From Octopus sinensis (taxonomy: Eukaryota): a stretch of 64,000 nt of DNA. The notes under the pieces were generated by a model. The model did no database searches. It worked only from the letters and a program-made list of their open reading frames with translations, and had not been told where the DNA came from. The translations under genes and the position numbers were made by a program. The stretch covers positions 18,042,001 through 18,106,000 of the forward strand of contig NC_043016.1 in the NCBI RefSeq assembly GCF_006345805.1, given 5' to 3'. This document shows, piece after piece, positions 49,188 to 61,080 of the stretch. Within the stretch, counting starts at the first letter, position 1; each line of letters opens with the position of its first letter.

Positions 49188-49955
49188 GGCGGCGAGCTGG
49201 CAGAGACGTTAGCACGCCGGGCGAAATGCTTAGCGGTATTTCGTCTGTCATTACGTTCTGAGTTCAAATTCCGCCGAGGTCGACTTTGCCTTTCATCTTT
49301 TCGGGGTCGATTAAATAAGTACCAGTTACGCACTGGGGGCGATATAATCGATTTAATCCGTTTGTCTGTCCTTGTTTGTCCCCTCTGTTTTTAGCCCCTT
49401 GTGGTTAGTAAAGAAATAGGTATTTCGTCTGCCGTTACGTTCTGAGTTCAAATTCCGCCAAGGTCGACTTTGCCTTTCATCCTTTCGGGATCGATTAAAT
49501 AAGTACCAGTTACGCACTGGAGGTCGATGTAATCGACTTAATCCGTTTGTCTGGACCTTGTTTGTTCCCTCTGTGTTTAGCCCCTTGTGGGTAGTAAAGA
49601 AATAGGTATTTCGTCTGTCTTAATGTTCTAAGTTCAAATACCGCCGACGTCGACTTAACCTTTCATCCCTTCGGAGTCGATAAATTAAGTACCAGTTACG
49701 CACTGGTGTTGATGTAATCGACTTAATCTCTTTGTCTGTTCTTGTTTGTCCCCTCTATGTTTAGCCCCTTGTTGGCAATAAAGAAATATGTATTTCGTCT
49801 GTCTTTATGTTTTGAGTTCAAATTCCGCCGAAGTCGACTTTGCTTTTCATCCTTTCGGGGTCGATAAATTAAGTACCAGTAACGTACTGGAGATCGATCT
49901 AATTGACTAGCCCGCCCCACCAAATTCTGGGCCTTGTATCTAGAGTAGAAAAAAA
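49188..49955 (+). mobile_element. SINE family B tetramer (one head plus three headless units, period 184-186 bp)
   Basis: GTATTTCGTCTG recurs at 49236, 49420, 49606 and 49790. Confidence 0.85.
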
Positions 49956-50369
49956 AAGAATATATCACATACATGTTTCTTTATTAGTATTGTTGTGTTC
50001 AAGAGTATTTTAAATGTTTTGTTAAAAAGGGGGCGACTCTTTATAGAATGGCAACGACTGTGAGAAATGGAGCTTGATGTAATAATTACGAATTATGACT
50101 CTTACATAACAATATTGTAATTTATTTATTTTTGATATCTATTTCTTTCATTCTGTACTTCTTTTGTGGATTAATCTATGCACAACTTTCTACTGGCGGT
50201 GTTTTATGTATTTTAAGATTTGTTATGATTTCTACTGGCAAATTGAGGATCAAATAGGGACTGGCTTAATAAACGAGGGAGCAAATGCATCTTTGTAAGC
50301 CTTGTACTTGTTTTATCGGTTTCTTTTGCCGAACCACTAAGTTACGGAAACAAACACATCAACATCGGT

Positions 50370-50404
<35 letters not shown>

Positions 50405-51175
50405 TGCTAAAATGGGGAAGGCTGGTTTATGGGATTACCTAATGTTTCCCGTCCATAAAGGGTCTGACGATACCTCATAAAGCTAAACTCTCTATGTACG
50501 GGAAATCTAAGGTAATCCCATAAACCGGTCTTGCCCATTTTTAATATATAATGCTCTGCATATAGTGCGGGTTAAAAGTTGTAGGAGTGGTGGGATTGGC
50601 AGGGTTAATTCCGTTCGGAAGCCGTAGTGCAAAGAAGATAGTTTCTCTCGAGTGCACCGAAGTTGGTGGAGAAAGGGAAGTCAAAGGTTGATCTATTGTC
50701 ACGTAATCGCTCCACCAAGCAGGTCTCTTGGTCGTTCGACGCATGTCTCTGCCACCAAGAATGGATAGGTTAAAGTGGTAGCAACCCCATCAATCGGTAG
50801 TTTCCGATGATTGGGAGAGAAAGAGCAATGAATACACAAAAATAAGTTGGTGGGGAAGGAGAAGAGAAGAAAAGAAAAGATCTGAAAAGTGGCAAATGTT
50901 CTGGAATCAGCGCTTATTGTTAATAAAGGAAACGTTCGAGTTGGCAGAATCGTTAGAGTACCGAACAAAGTGCTTAGTGACATTTTATGTTCTGAGTTCA
51001 AATTCCACCAAGGTTGACTTTGCCTTTCATCCTTTTGGGGGTCGATGAAATAAATAAATAAATACTAGTTGAACACCGGGCTCAATGAAATCGACTATCC
51101 CTCTCCTTGTGTCTAAAGCAGAAAGGTTCATCATTGTCATCGTCGTCATCATCACCACCACCACCACCACCATCA

Positions 51176-51206
<31 letters not shown>

Positions 51207-52137
51207 CAACAACAACAATATTATTATTATTACTATTGTTTAATAAGTTGGCGAGTGGGCGGAATCGTTCCTGTGCCGTTGCAAAATGCTTAGCCGCATT
51301 TCGTCCGTCTTAGCGTTCGGAGTTCGAATTCTGCCGATGTCGACTTTGCCTTTCATATTTCCGGGGTCGATAAAATAAGCACCAGCTGGGGGACAGGAGT
51401 CGATATATTTAACTTACCTTTCAATATCTAATAGTTTATCAGCAACATTACTTTCATCTCTTTTCTTTCTTTTTTTCTATTTCATTCGTTTAATGCTTTC
51501 TATTACTTTCATTTTCGGTCTTAATTTTCGATAGTTTCCGACTATTATTTGTTCGGGTCATATTTAACTTAGCTAGTTACTTAAATTTAGTTTGTTTTTA
51601 ATATTTTAACTACAAATAAACATCTGAATATTTTTCTACTAACATATGGCCTAACGTCTGATCACTCGATAGCAACACTTGGCTAGCGAGTGTATATGAA
51701 TTACACTGCATCCTTTAAGGCCCTCATGCTTTCCGAAATCCGCCGAAACTACACCTGATTATATATACACTTTAGATGAGTTGTAGTGCACCTGAGCACT
51801 GTACACAATTATTATTATTATTATTATTTATTTTTATAATATGGCAGAAATTATAGATAATCCTGGTTAATTACTTAGGTCCATTAACATCTTGGGACTT
51901 TGAAAATGGGATTGACAAATAGTATTTAAAGGGAAAGTATATAAATAATAATCACTGGAAAAAGAAAAAAAAACATTTTCTAAGAATTACTGTAAGGCAT
52001 TGTATTCTTAACAGTCTTTTTACGATGGACGTAAGATAAAAAATCTTTCAAAAAAAATTTTTAAGGGAGGAGGGAGTTTGATTCGAAGGGAGGTAACTCA
52101 GCTTCTTCTGTGAAACGTTTTCAAAATTTCAATATCA

Positions 52138-52810
52138 GGTGGTGATCTGGCAGAATGTTTAGCATGCGGGGCGAAATGCTTAGCGGTATTTCGTCTGTCG
52201 TTACGTTGTGAGTTCAAATTCCGCCGAGGTCGACTTTGCCTTTCATTCTTTCGGGGTCGATAAATTAAGTACCAGTTACGCACTGGAGTCGATATAATGG
52301 ACTTAATCTCTTTGTCTGTCCTTGTTTGTCCCCTCTATGTTTAGCCCCTTGTGGGCAGTAAAGAAATAAGAAATAAGAATCATTAGCACACCGAGCGAAA
52401 TGCTTAGCGGTAAATTATCTGCTGTTACGTTCTGAGTTCAAACTCTGCCGAGGTCGACTTTGCTTTTCATCCTTTCGGGGTCGATTATATAAGTACCAGT
52501 TACGTACTGGAGTCGATGTAATCGACTTAAACTCCTTGTCTGTCCTTGTTTGTCCCCTCTATGTTTAGCCCCTTGTGGGCAGTAAAGAAATAAGAAATAA
52601 GAATCATTAGCACACCGAGCGAAATGCTTAGCGGTAAATTATCTGCTGTTACGTTCTGAGTTCAAACTCTGCCGAGGTCGACTTTGCTTTTCATCCTTTC
52701 GGGGTCGATTATATAAGTACCAGTTACGTACTGGAGTCGATGTAATCGACTTAAACTCCTTGTCTGTCCTTGTTTTTCTCCACTATGTTTAGCCCTCTGT
52801 GGACAATAAA
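52138..52810 (+). mobile_element. SINE family B trimer (224-bp near-identical units)
   Basis: CATTAGCACACCGAGCG at 52381 and 52605. Confidence 0.85.
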
Positions 52811-52909
52811 GAAATAAAAGAAATGTATATTTGACAAAAGAAAAAAAAAGAAATGATAAGATATTGATAAAACAAGATTTTTGTTTTATATTCCTATACA
52901 TTAAATAAT

Positions 52910-53220
52910 GTAGAGGCACATGGCCTAGTGGTTAGAGCAGCGTACTCATGGTCGAGGGATCGCGAGTTCAAATCTCAGACCGAGCGGTGTGTGTGTTTAT
53001 GAGCAAAACACCTAAGCTCCACGTGGCTCCAGCAGAAGGTAATGGCGAACTTCTGCTGACTCTTTCGCCACAACTTTCTCTCCTTCTTTCCTCCTGCATC
53101 TTGCAGCTCATCTGCGATGGACTGGTGTCCCATCCAGGTAGGGAACCTATACGCCAAGGAAACCGGGAAACCGGCCCTTATGAGCCAGGCGTGGCTCAAG
53201 AAGGAACAAGCAACAACCTT
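52910..53220 (+). mobile_element. SINE family C (tRNA-like head GGCACATGGCCTAGTGGTTAGAGCAGCG); copies on - at 36760-37065 and 45650-45895
   Basis: A and B boxes; shared body CTCTTTCGCCACAACTTTCTCTC. Confidence 0.65.
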
Positions 53221-53633
53221 AAATAATAATGGGTTCAAATTTTGGTACAAGACCAGCAATTTTGGAGGAAGGGGCAAGTTGATTACAGTCACCTCAGTGT
53301 TTAACTGGTACTTATTTTATTGACCCCAAAAGAATGAAAGGCAAAGTCACCATCAGTGGAATTTGAACTCAATACTTGAAGACGGATAAAATACCTCTGT
53401 GCATTTTGCTCAATGTGCTAACGATTCTGCCAGCTCATCGTCATTAAGCTATTAAATATTAAAACACTAGCATATCTGTGTCATCAAAAATGTCGACAAT
53501 TTAATTAATGATAGAAAATGGCACATCAACACAATGGGTAAACCATTGGTAAATGTCAGCAATCTAGTAAATATGTACATAGACAGAATCGATGCACTTG
53601 AAGAATCATATACGGTTGTAATGTATTGGTTGA

Positions 53634-53692
<59 letters not shown>

Positions 53693-54019
53693 GCTGTATC
53701 CTACACCAGCTTCACACAACCAGCCCCAGGCCATTCAAAGTACCTTGGATCACAAGACAGCCTGCAGTGCTTACCTTGGATTGTGGGGCAACCTGCTGTG
53801 CTTGAGGAGACCTATTGAGTCAAGTGCATCAACATCAAAATAATAATCAAATGGAATTGTAGTTGTGATCCTCATGCTGGTGGCACGTAAAAAGCACCAT
53901 CTGAACGTGGCAGATGCCAGCACCACCATATGGGTGGCTTCCGTGTTGGTGGCATGTAAATAGCACCAACCAATCATGGCCGTTGCCAGCTTCCTCTGGC
54001 CCCATCATAGTTGAGGGGT

Positions 54020-54063
<44 letters not shown>

Positions 54064-55081
54064 TTCACGTAACATTTGTATGTAGGCAATGTGAACAATA
54101 TTTTGCAAACAAAAGTGTTTAATGTTTAATTTCATATGTATATATTTATATATCTGTGTGAGTGTGTATGAAACTGACAAACTAAACACAATTTATGATA
54201 AAAAAAATTTACTGTCTTATTTTGATTATAATATCAGCATCTTTAGAGCAAAACTTTTGAAAGATTTCCACCTGCTTTACTGCCTCTGACTGTCATTCAC
54301 TCCCACTTTGTTGTTTTTCTCTTCTTTCCCTCTAGTGTGACTGACAGGACACATGTTTTATTGTATGTAAGATTAGTGGCCACAAATGAGCAAACTGTTG
54401 GCCCCGAATACTTTATTGAGATGGTTCTCATTCATTTTGTATTCTGTGATTCCACATGTCTATTTTAGAGGTTTCAGCTTTATAATTTTATGCCACATAA
54501 GCATATGAAAATAGTAGTATAGGAACTTTCAAAAGGTTTACAAGATAGCAATTACCTACTTAAAGAAAACGCCCCATCCCCGCCAGACAGACACTACCGG
54601 AAAAGTTCCATTAACAATGTCCTCTTAACTCTTTCGTTACTGTATTTAATTTGAGATGCTCTGTGTTTCTTTCAATTACTTTAAATATAACAAAGAATTT
54701 AGTAAAATAATTTGAAATCTAAGATTGTAATGTTTTACCGTTTTAAAAATTGTTTCTCTAATATATATTTTAACCCTTTCATTACTGTATTTCTGTTGAG
54801 ATGCTCTGTTTTTCTTTCAATTACTTTAAATATAACAAAGAATTTAGTAAAATAACTTCAAGTGCTTAGGGCCTCTATGGATCTTAATCGAGCCCTCTTT
54901 CACTCACATTCTCACATTCTCTCTCTCTCTCTCTCTCTCTCTCCTCTCCCCCTCTCTCTATTTCATATATGTACCTCACATCAATATATGTCTCTGTGTA
55001 CCTTAAATATAAATATACTGAAATAATTGTGCTTTTTTTCTTTCTCTCCTTTTTCTTTGTGTTATCCAGAAATTGGAAACA

Positions 55082-55379
55082 ATGCATCTAAAATTGATAA
55101 CATCTCTCTTGGTGATTAGCCTGTGGGCATGTGCCCCGGCACATTCCACATACAATGCGGTATTGGACAGAATTATGCGTCTTGCAGAATTCAGAGACAT
55201 GGAGGAGAACCCGGCTTCATATATTGAAGACGACCGTTCTGCCAGCAGGAAGAACTGGTTAAATTCTCCGTCAGACTCAAATTTAGATTTAAGTTACCGT
55301 GATTTCCTTGGTGCAACCAACCAGCGTGATGAAGAATACCTTCCTGAAAATACCCTTTGGGGTTATCAGTTCATTTCAG
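55082..55379 (+). CDS. SCG5: Neuroendocrine protein 7B2 (secretogranin V), first coding exon; exon begins at 55070, later exons not found in the window
   Basis: Signal peptide MHLKLITSLLVISLWACAPAHS. QRDEEYLPENTLWGYQFISG matches the invertebrate 7B2 motif RDxEYLxHSxLWGxQxxSG preceding GAGEG. Long pyrimidine tract + ccag acceptor; G/gtaag donor at 55380. Confidence 0.88.
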
Positions 55380-55564
55380 GTAAGAATATAATATCTTTTT
55401 TATGCTTTATCTTTCACTTGTTACAATCATTGGACTGCAGCCATGCTGGGGCACCACCTTGAGGAGTTTTGGTGAAAGAATCGACCCCAGTACTTATTCT
55501 GTCAGTCTCGCCTTTGCTGGATCACTAAATTGTGGGAGTGTTCATATATATATATACACATACA

Positions 55565-55865
55565 AATATATATCATCACACACACACACACACACATGCA
55601 TGCACACACACACACATGCATGCACACACACACACATATGCATGCACACACACATGCATGCACACACACATGCATGCACACACATGCATGTACACACACA
55701 CATGCATGCACACACATGCATGCTCACACACACATGCATGTACACACGCATGCATGCACACACACATGCACGCACACACACACATGCACGCACACACACA
55801 CATGCATGCACACACACACATGCAAGCACACACACACACATGCATGCACACACACACACACACAC
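55565..55865. repeat. Complex (CA)n/CATG minisatellite expanded inside a SINE-A copy
   Basis: Direct reading; SINE-A halves on both sides. Confidence 0.9.
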
Positions 55866-56989
55866 AATGGGCTTCTATCAGTTTCTGACTACCAAATCCG
55901 CTTACAAGGATTTAGTTTATCTGGGGCTTCAGTAAAAGACACTTGCTCAAGGTGGAACTGAACCCAAGACCACATGATTAGGAAGCAAATTTTTTAGCCA
56001 CACACTCATGCCCACAGTTATAATAATTTTTTTCTACAAAAGGCGCAGGTCCTGAAATGAGGAGTTGGGGAAGGGACTAGTCAATGACATTGATACCAGT
56101 GTTCCATTTAATTTATGGTTACAGTGTTTCATTAACTTAGTTCATCAATCTCAGAAGGATGAAAGGCAAAGTCAACCTCAGTGGAATTTGAACTCAGATC
56201 ATAGCAATCGACAAGATGCCATTGGTATTGATACAACGATTAGAAAGCATTTTTTTTCTTGGTGATCTCTGACAACTATCCTTGATGCGTTGTGCAATAT
56301 GATATGCATGAGAAGACCTGTTGAGTCAAATAAAACCAATATTGGAGCTGTGGCCAGTGTACCCTGACTGGCTCCTGTGCTGGTGGCGTGTAAAAAGCAC
56401 CCACTACACTCTTGGAGTGATTGGTGTTAGGAAGGGCATCCAGCTGTAGAATCCTTGCCAGATCAGATTGGAGCCTTGTGCAACTGCTGGCTCTCCAGAC
56501 TTCAGTCAAATCGTCCAGCCCATGCCAGCATAGAAAATGGGTGTTAAACGACGATGATGAGGATGATGATGACAGCAAGGGAAATTTGGTTGCTATTTCT
56601 AAGAGGCAGAGCTGTAGAGTGCAAATCAGGGTAGATACTGATTTTCATGCTCAGGAGCTGTACATACAAATCTGTTTCTGTGTGGCAAAAATATACTCTG
56701 CTGCTGGTGATCATCCCCATGTTAACCCTAGCTGAGCAGAACTATGATCAAAGGCACTCCAGTTGTGCCCAACCATCTTTTTTCCAATATGCAGGAACCC
56801 AGAATAACTTTATTCAATGAATCCTTTTCTAAGATGGTTGGGGAGGGCGGTTTGATTTGTATGAGACTTACTTGTTATTTCTAGTAGGTCACGTTATACA
56901 TAAAGGCTCCCTCAATTCACCCATCCATTTGGAATAAGTACGAAACCAGTTCTTGATGTTACCTGTGACAGATTGAAGCTAAGTATTTA

Positions 56990-57620
56990 TCTTTGAGAAC
57001 CCAAGACCCGGCAAGCCAAGTGAGACCATAATCCGTGGCCTATGCCAGGAGTGTAACCAGCCCACTTATGCGTACCTTTCACCTTTCCTTCATTGGACAC
57101 TAAACTCTGCTTGCGAAGACCTGTTGAGGCAAGTGAAATAGTAATCGAAATCAAATTCGATAATTGGCATCCGTGCTAGTGGAGCGCTAACAGCCCCATC
57201 TGAGCGTGATCATTGCCAGAGGAGCTAACTGGCTTCCGTGCCGGTGGCATGTAAAAAGCACCATTCGAGCATGATCATTACCAGTGTCGCCTTACTGGCA
57301 CTGGTGCTGGTGGCATGGGAAAAAACATTCAAGCAAGGTCATTGCCAGTGCCACTAGACTTGCTCCTGTGCAGGTGACACGTAAAAACACCATTTGAGCA
57401 TGGTCACTGCCAGTACCACCTGACTGGCCCTCGTGCTAGTGGCATGTAAAATCACCCACTACACTCTCAGAGTAGTTGGCATCAGGAAGGGCATCTAGCT
57501 GTAGAAACTCTGCCAGATCAGACTGGAGCCTGGTGTGGCCATCTGGTTCGCCAGTCCTCAGTCAAATCGTCCAACCCATGCTAGTATGGAAAGCTGACAT
57601 TAAACGATTATGATGATGAT
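56990..57620 (+). mobile_element. RTE LINE 3' UTR with internal ~60-bp VNTR and (GAT)n tail; the most complete of many copies
   Basis: Ends ...AGGAAGGGCATCTAGCTGTAGAAAC...ACATTAAACGAT(GAT)n. Truncated copies at about 2680-3000, 3470-3660, 6838-7295, 12635-13085, 19130-19400, 23470-23650, 24955-25420, 28600-28760, 33325-33590, 39645-39810, 53790-54000 and 56310-56570. Confidence 0.75.
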
Positions 57621-57749
57621 GATTATGATAATGAGATATTTGTAGAAAAGTGGTTAAATCAGTTGAGCATTGTATAAAATACTGCGTGGTATTTAGCTAT
57701 GGACTTTTACATTTTGAATTCAAGGCCTGCTTGATTAGTGTTGATCGTC

Positions 57750-57870
57750 ACTTCGACCCACATCTTCCCTTGTTATTTCTTCTCTGAGGCCCAGCATCCG
57801 AAGATCCTTTCTAAACAATTCGGCCCACATTTTCCTGGGTCTACTCCTTCCACTGGCATATCTCAGATGA
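57750..57870 (-). mobile_element. RTE ORF2 C-terminal fragment
   Basis: Manual translation GRSRPRKMWAELFRKDLRMLGLREEITR, the RGRPRKTW-type LINE end. Confidence 0.55.
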
Positions 57871-58756
57871 CATTGTTAAATCTTGCGTTTGATTTTTTTG
57901 TAAAGAAATTAATGGAAATAATAAATGAACTTCAGTTTCACTTGCTTTATCCAACTTTAAGTCAGCCTCAGCAAATATATAGTTTATTTTATTTTATTTT
58001 ATTTTATTTTACATGTTTCAGTCATTTGACTGCGGCCATGCTGGAGCACCGCCTTTAGTCGAGCAAATCGACCCCGGGACTTAGTCTTTGTAAGCCCAGT
58101 ACTTATTCTATCGGTCTCCTTTTACCGAACCGCTAAGTGACGGGGATGTGAACACACCAGCATCGGTTGTCAAGCAATGCTAGGGGGACAAACACAGACA
58201 CATATATATATATACATATATACGACAGGCTTCTTTTAGTTTCCGTCTACCAAATCCACTCACAAGGCATTGGTTGGCCCGAGCTATAGCAGAAGACACT
58301 TGCCCAAGATGCCACGAAGTGGGACTGAACCCGGAACCATGTGGTTGGTTAGCACAATATATATAAGAATAAAAATTAAAGAAACCCCAAATAAACAGTA
58401 TTGTAGGAGGAAAAAAATCTAAGAATGTACATGTGAAAATATGTACAAATCATTTATTAAATCAGATATAAGCTGGTAAATTTTTTTTAATGGTTTGTTC
58501 TTTTTTTCGTTTTGTGTTATGCATATCGTTTTTCGAGTTGTCTTGGAATCAGTTACTGACGCAAGTTGAGGCATGACTGCATATGTACTTTTTCTTTAAA
58601 ATGTTCCCATAATTTCAGATAAATAAATTTAACTAAAAAAAATTAATAAAGGAAAAAAGAAAAATTTTATTGCGTAAGTCAAAGGTACGTAATCTAAAAG
58701 CGGCGTTGAAATAAAGTGATTACTTCCCTTGAAATGAGAAAGGGAGGTAATTTCGT

Positions 58757-58790
<34 letters not shown>

Positions 58791-59737
58791 TAGTAATATA
58801 CCAAAAAAAAAAAAAGGAAAAACAAAAAGACTTGTTTTAAATTCTGGATGTCGAGCAAACCGTTCTCTTTATTTTGTAGTGGGTATCTTCTATTTGTTTC
58901 AGATATTAGACTGCAGCCAGGCTGGGGGCACTGACTTGAAGAGTTTATTTTTAGTTAAAAGAATCAACCTCTATTTTTTCTTTGTAAAACCTGTTCTTTT
59001 TTTTTGTCGGTCTCTTTGGCGAACTGCTTGATTAAGGGATCATAAACAAACCAACACCAGTTGTCGTACGGTGGGGACACTCTCACACACTTATTTAACT
59101 TTGGTGATGTAAACAGGAAAATAACACAAAACAACTATATTTCATTAATAATTTCTGCTGGTTATTTATAATATATGATATATTATAAATAATTGCTTGA
59201 AGTTAATCGACTCTGGTCTATATTAGAAGACACCCAAAATATCACACAGTGGGACTGAACCCGGAACCATGTGTTTGAGAAGCAAACTACTTACTTTTTA
59301 CCACACAGCCACGCCTGGGCCAATGTAGAACTGCCTAATCTTAACTGATCTCTTATTTACTTTAAAAAAAATAATTATGCGGTGTGTGTGCGTGTGATTT
59401 GACGGAGATGTTATTTTGATTAAATCTAGCCATTATGTAAAGATATACACTTGTTAGGTCACTAACACGTACGCACATACACATAATGCAGCAGGGGTGA
59501 TTTTAGAAAGATCAGGTGACCAAGAATAATTGTACTAAACAGACAATTCAGACTGAGATTAATCTGGTCTTTAATGCCAACTAGTGAATGTTAGAACTAC
59601 GTTTTGATCTTGTTAGTTAATTCATTTTTTAAAATTCTTTTTAAATATCAATAAAACACAATAACAACGACAATAATAACTACTGCTGCTGCTACTACTA
59701 CTACTATTACTATTATTACTACAAAAATTACTACCCA

Positions 59738-60085
59738 TTTCTTTACTACCCACAAGGGGCTAAACACAGGACAGACAAACGGATTAAGTCAATTACGTCG
59801 ACCCCAGTGCGTAACTGGTACTTATTTAATTGACCCCGAAAGGATGAAAGGCAAAGTTGACCTCGGTGGAATTTGAACTCAGAACGTAAAGACAGACGAA
59901 ATACCTATTTTTTTACTACCCACAAGGGGCTAAACACAGGACAGACAAACGGATTAAGTCAATTACGTCGACCCCAGTGCGTAACTGGTACTTATTTAAT
60001 TGACCCCGAAAGGATGAAAGGCAAAGTCGACCTCGATGGAATTTGAACTCAGAACGTAATGACAAATGAAATACCGTTAAGCATT
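59738..60085 (-). mobile_element. SINE family B dimer (170-bp period)
   Basis: TACTACCCACAAGGGG at 59744 and 59914. Confidence 0.8.
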
Positions 60086-60243
60086 TCGCTGATGATGGAA
60101 ATCGCATTCATTTTGTTTCCCTCTCTGTTAGGAGGCACAGGCACTTACACGCACGACAGAAACTTCTGCCTCTCAAATTCAATCACAAGGGCTTCAGTCA
60201 GCCTGAAGCTATCGCAGAAAACACTTGTTTCTAGAAGTTAATA

Positions 60244-60810
60244 TTGGGCTGTCCGGAAAGTTCATGCCGATTTTTAAAGGAAAGAAAAAGGTCAATAAAT
60301 ACTTGCCATTACATTTTTAATCAACCAAATATGAACCATTTTGTTGCACAATGCGTCTCCATCTTTCCTTTAACTTGAAAGTACCTTCTTCCCAGAATTG
60401 AGGGGGTTTCATGGCAAAGAATTCATCAAGGTATCTTTTTACGTCATCCAAGGAATTGAAATTTTTACCATTAAGACTATTCTGCAGAGACCTGAATAAG
60501 TAGAAATCTGAAAGAGTTATATCTGGTGAATATGAAGGGTGGGGTAACAGATCCCAGCCGAGCTGCAGCAATTTTTGTCTGGTTCCCAAAGCAACAAGTG
60601 CCGAAAATGAACTTTCTTATCTTCTATTTTAAAGGGTTACAGAATTAACACAGGTTATAGGAACATAAACCTTCTTCCACGAAAAGATAGCTTAAACTGT
60701 GCTCTAAATGGAGGTGTAGTCAAATCCTATTTTATGGACTCAACCATGTTATAAAATAAGTCGAAAGAGTAAGCTACTATAAATCGGCACAAACTTTCCA
60801 GACAACCCAA
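60244..60810 (-). mobile_element. Internally deleted mariner with both ~30-bp TIRs
   Basis: TA flanks; TTGGGCTGTCCGGAAAGTTCATGCCGATTT versus AAATCGGCACAAACTTTCCAGACAACCCAA. ORF has GWDLLPHPSYSPDITLSDFYLF (YSPD/third catalytic Asp region). Confidence 0.9.
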
Positions 60811-60859
60811 TACAAGATGACATGATGGTGGAACAATGAAACAGGCAATGCTATGAAAG

Positions 60860-61080
60860 CAAAAGGACAGACTTATAAAGACTAGTAAAATGGTGGTAGC
60901 AGAGAATTATATCAAGTAACCAGAAGGGGAGCTTGGTGGCAGGTTTACACAGTGAAGGGAGGAGCAGGAAGCAGATTTGCTAATGTTCTACAGCATGAGG
61001 ATAAGAGAGAGGGCTGAAATGTTCTGGATTGTAAGATAAATGCTTGGAAGAATTTTAAAAAGATCCATCCGATTTATGTG
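60860..61080 (+). mobile_element. Degenerate RTE linker fragment
   Basis: RFANVLQHED...EMFWIVR resembles the region encoded on the minus strand near 9520-9600. Confidence 0.4.

Noticed and set aside
50541-50744. RRTTKRPAWWSDYV, reminiscent of a gypsy integrase C-terminus
   Set aside because: Short motif only; no upstream integrase, PPT or LTR recognisable.
52915-52990. tRNA-like sequences with A and B boxes (also at the heads of SINE A, B and D)
   Set aside because: They continue into shared SINE bodies and lack a proper acceptor stem, so they are SINE heads, not tRNA genes.
54625-54860. ~85-bp direct repeat starting TTAAC(T/C)CTTTC
   Set aside because: Looks like two one-ended remnants of a TTAA-type MITE; no matching opposite terminus, so not called as an element.
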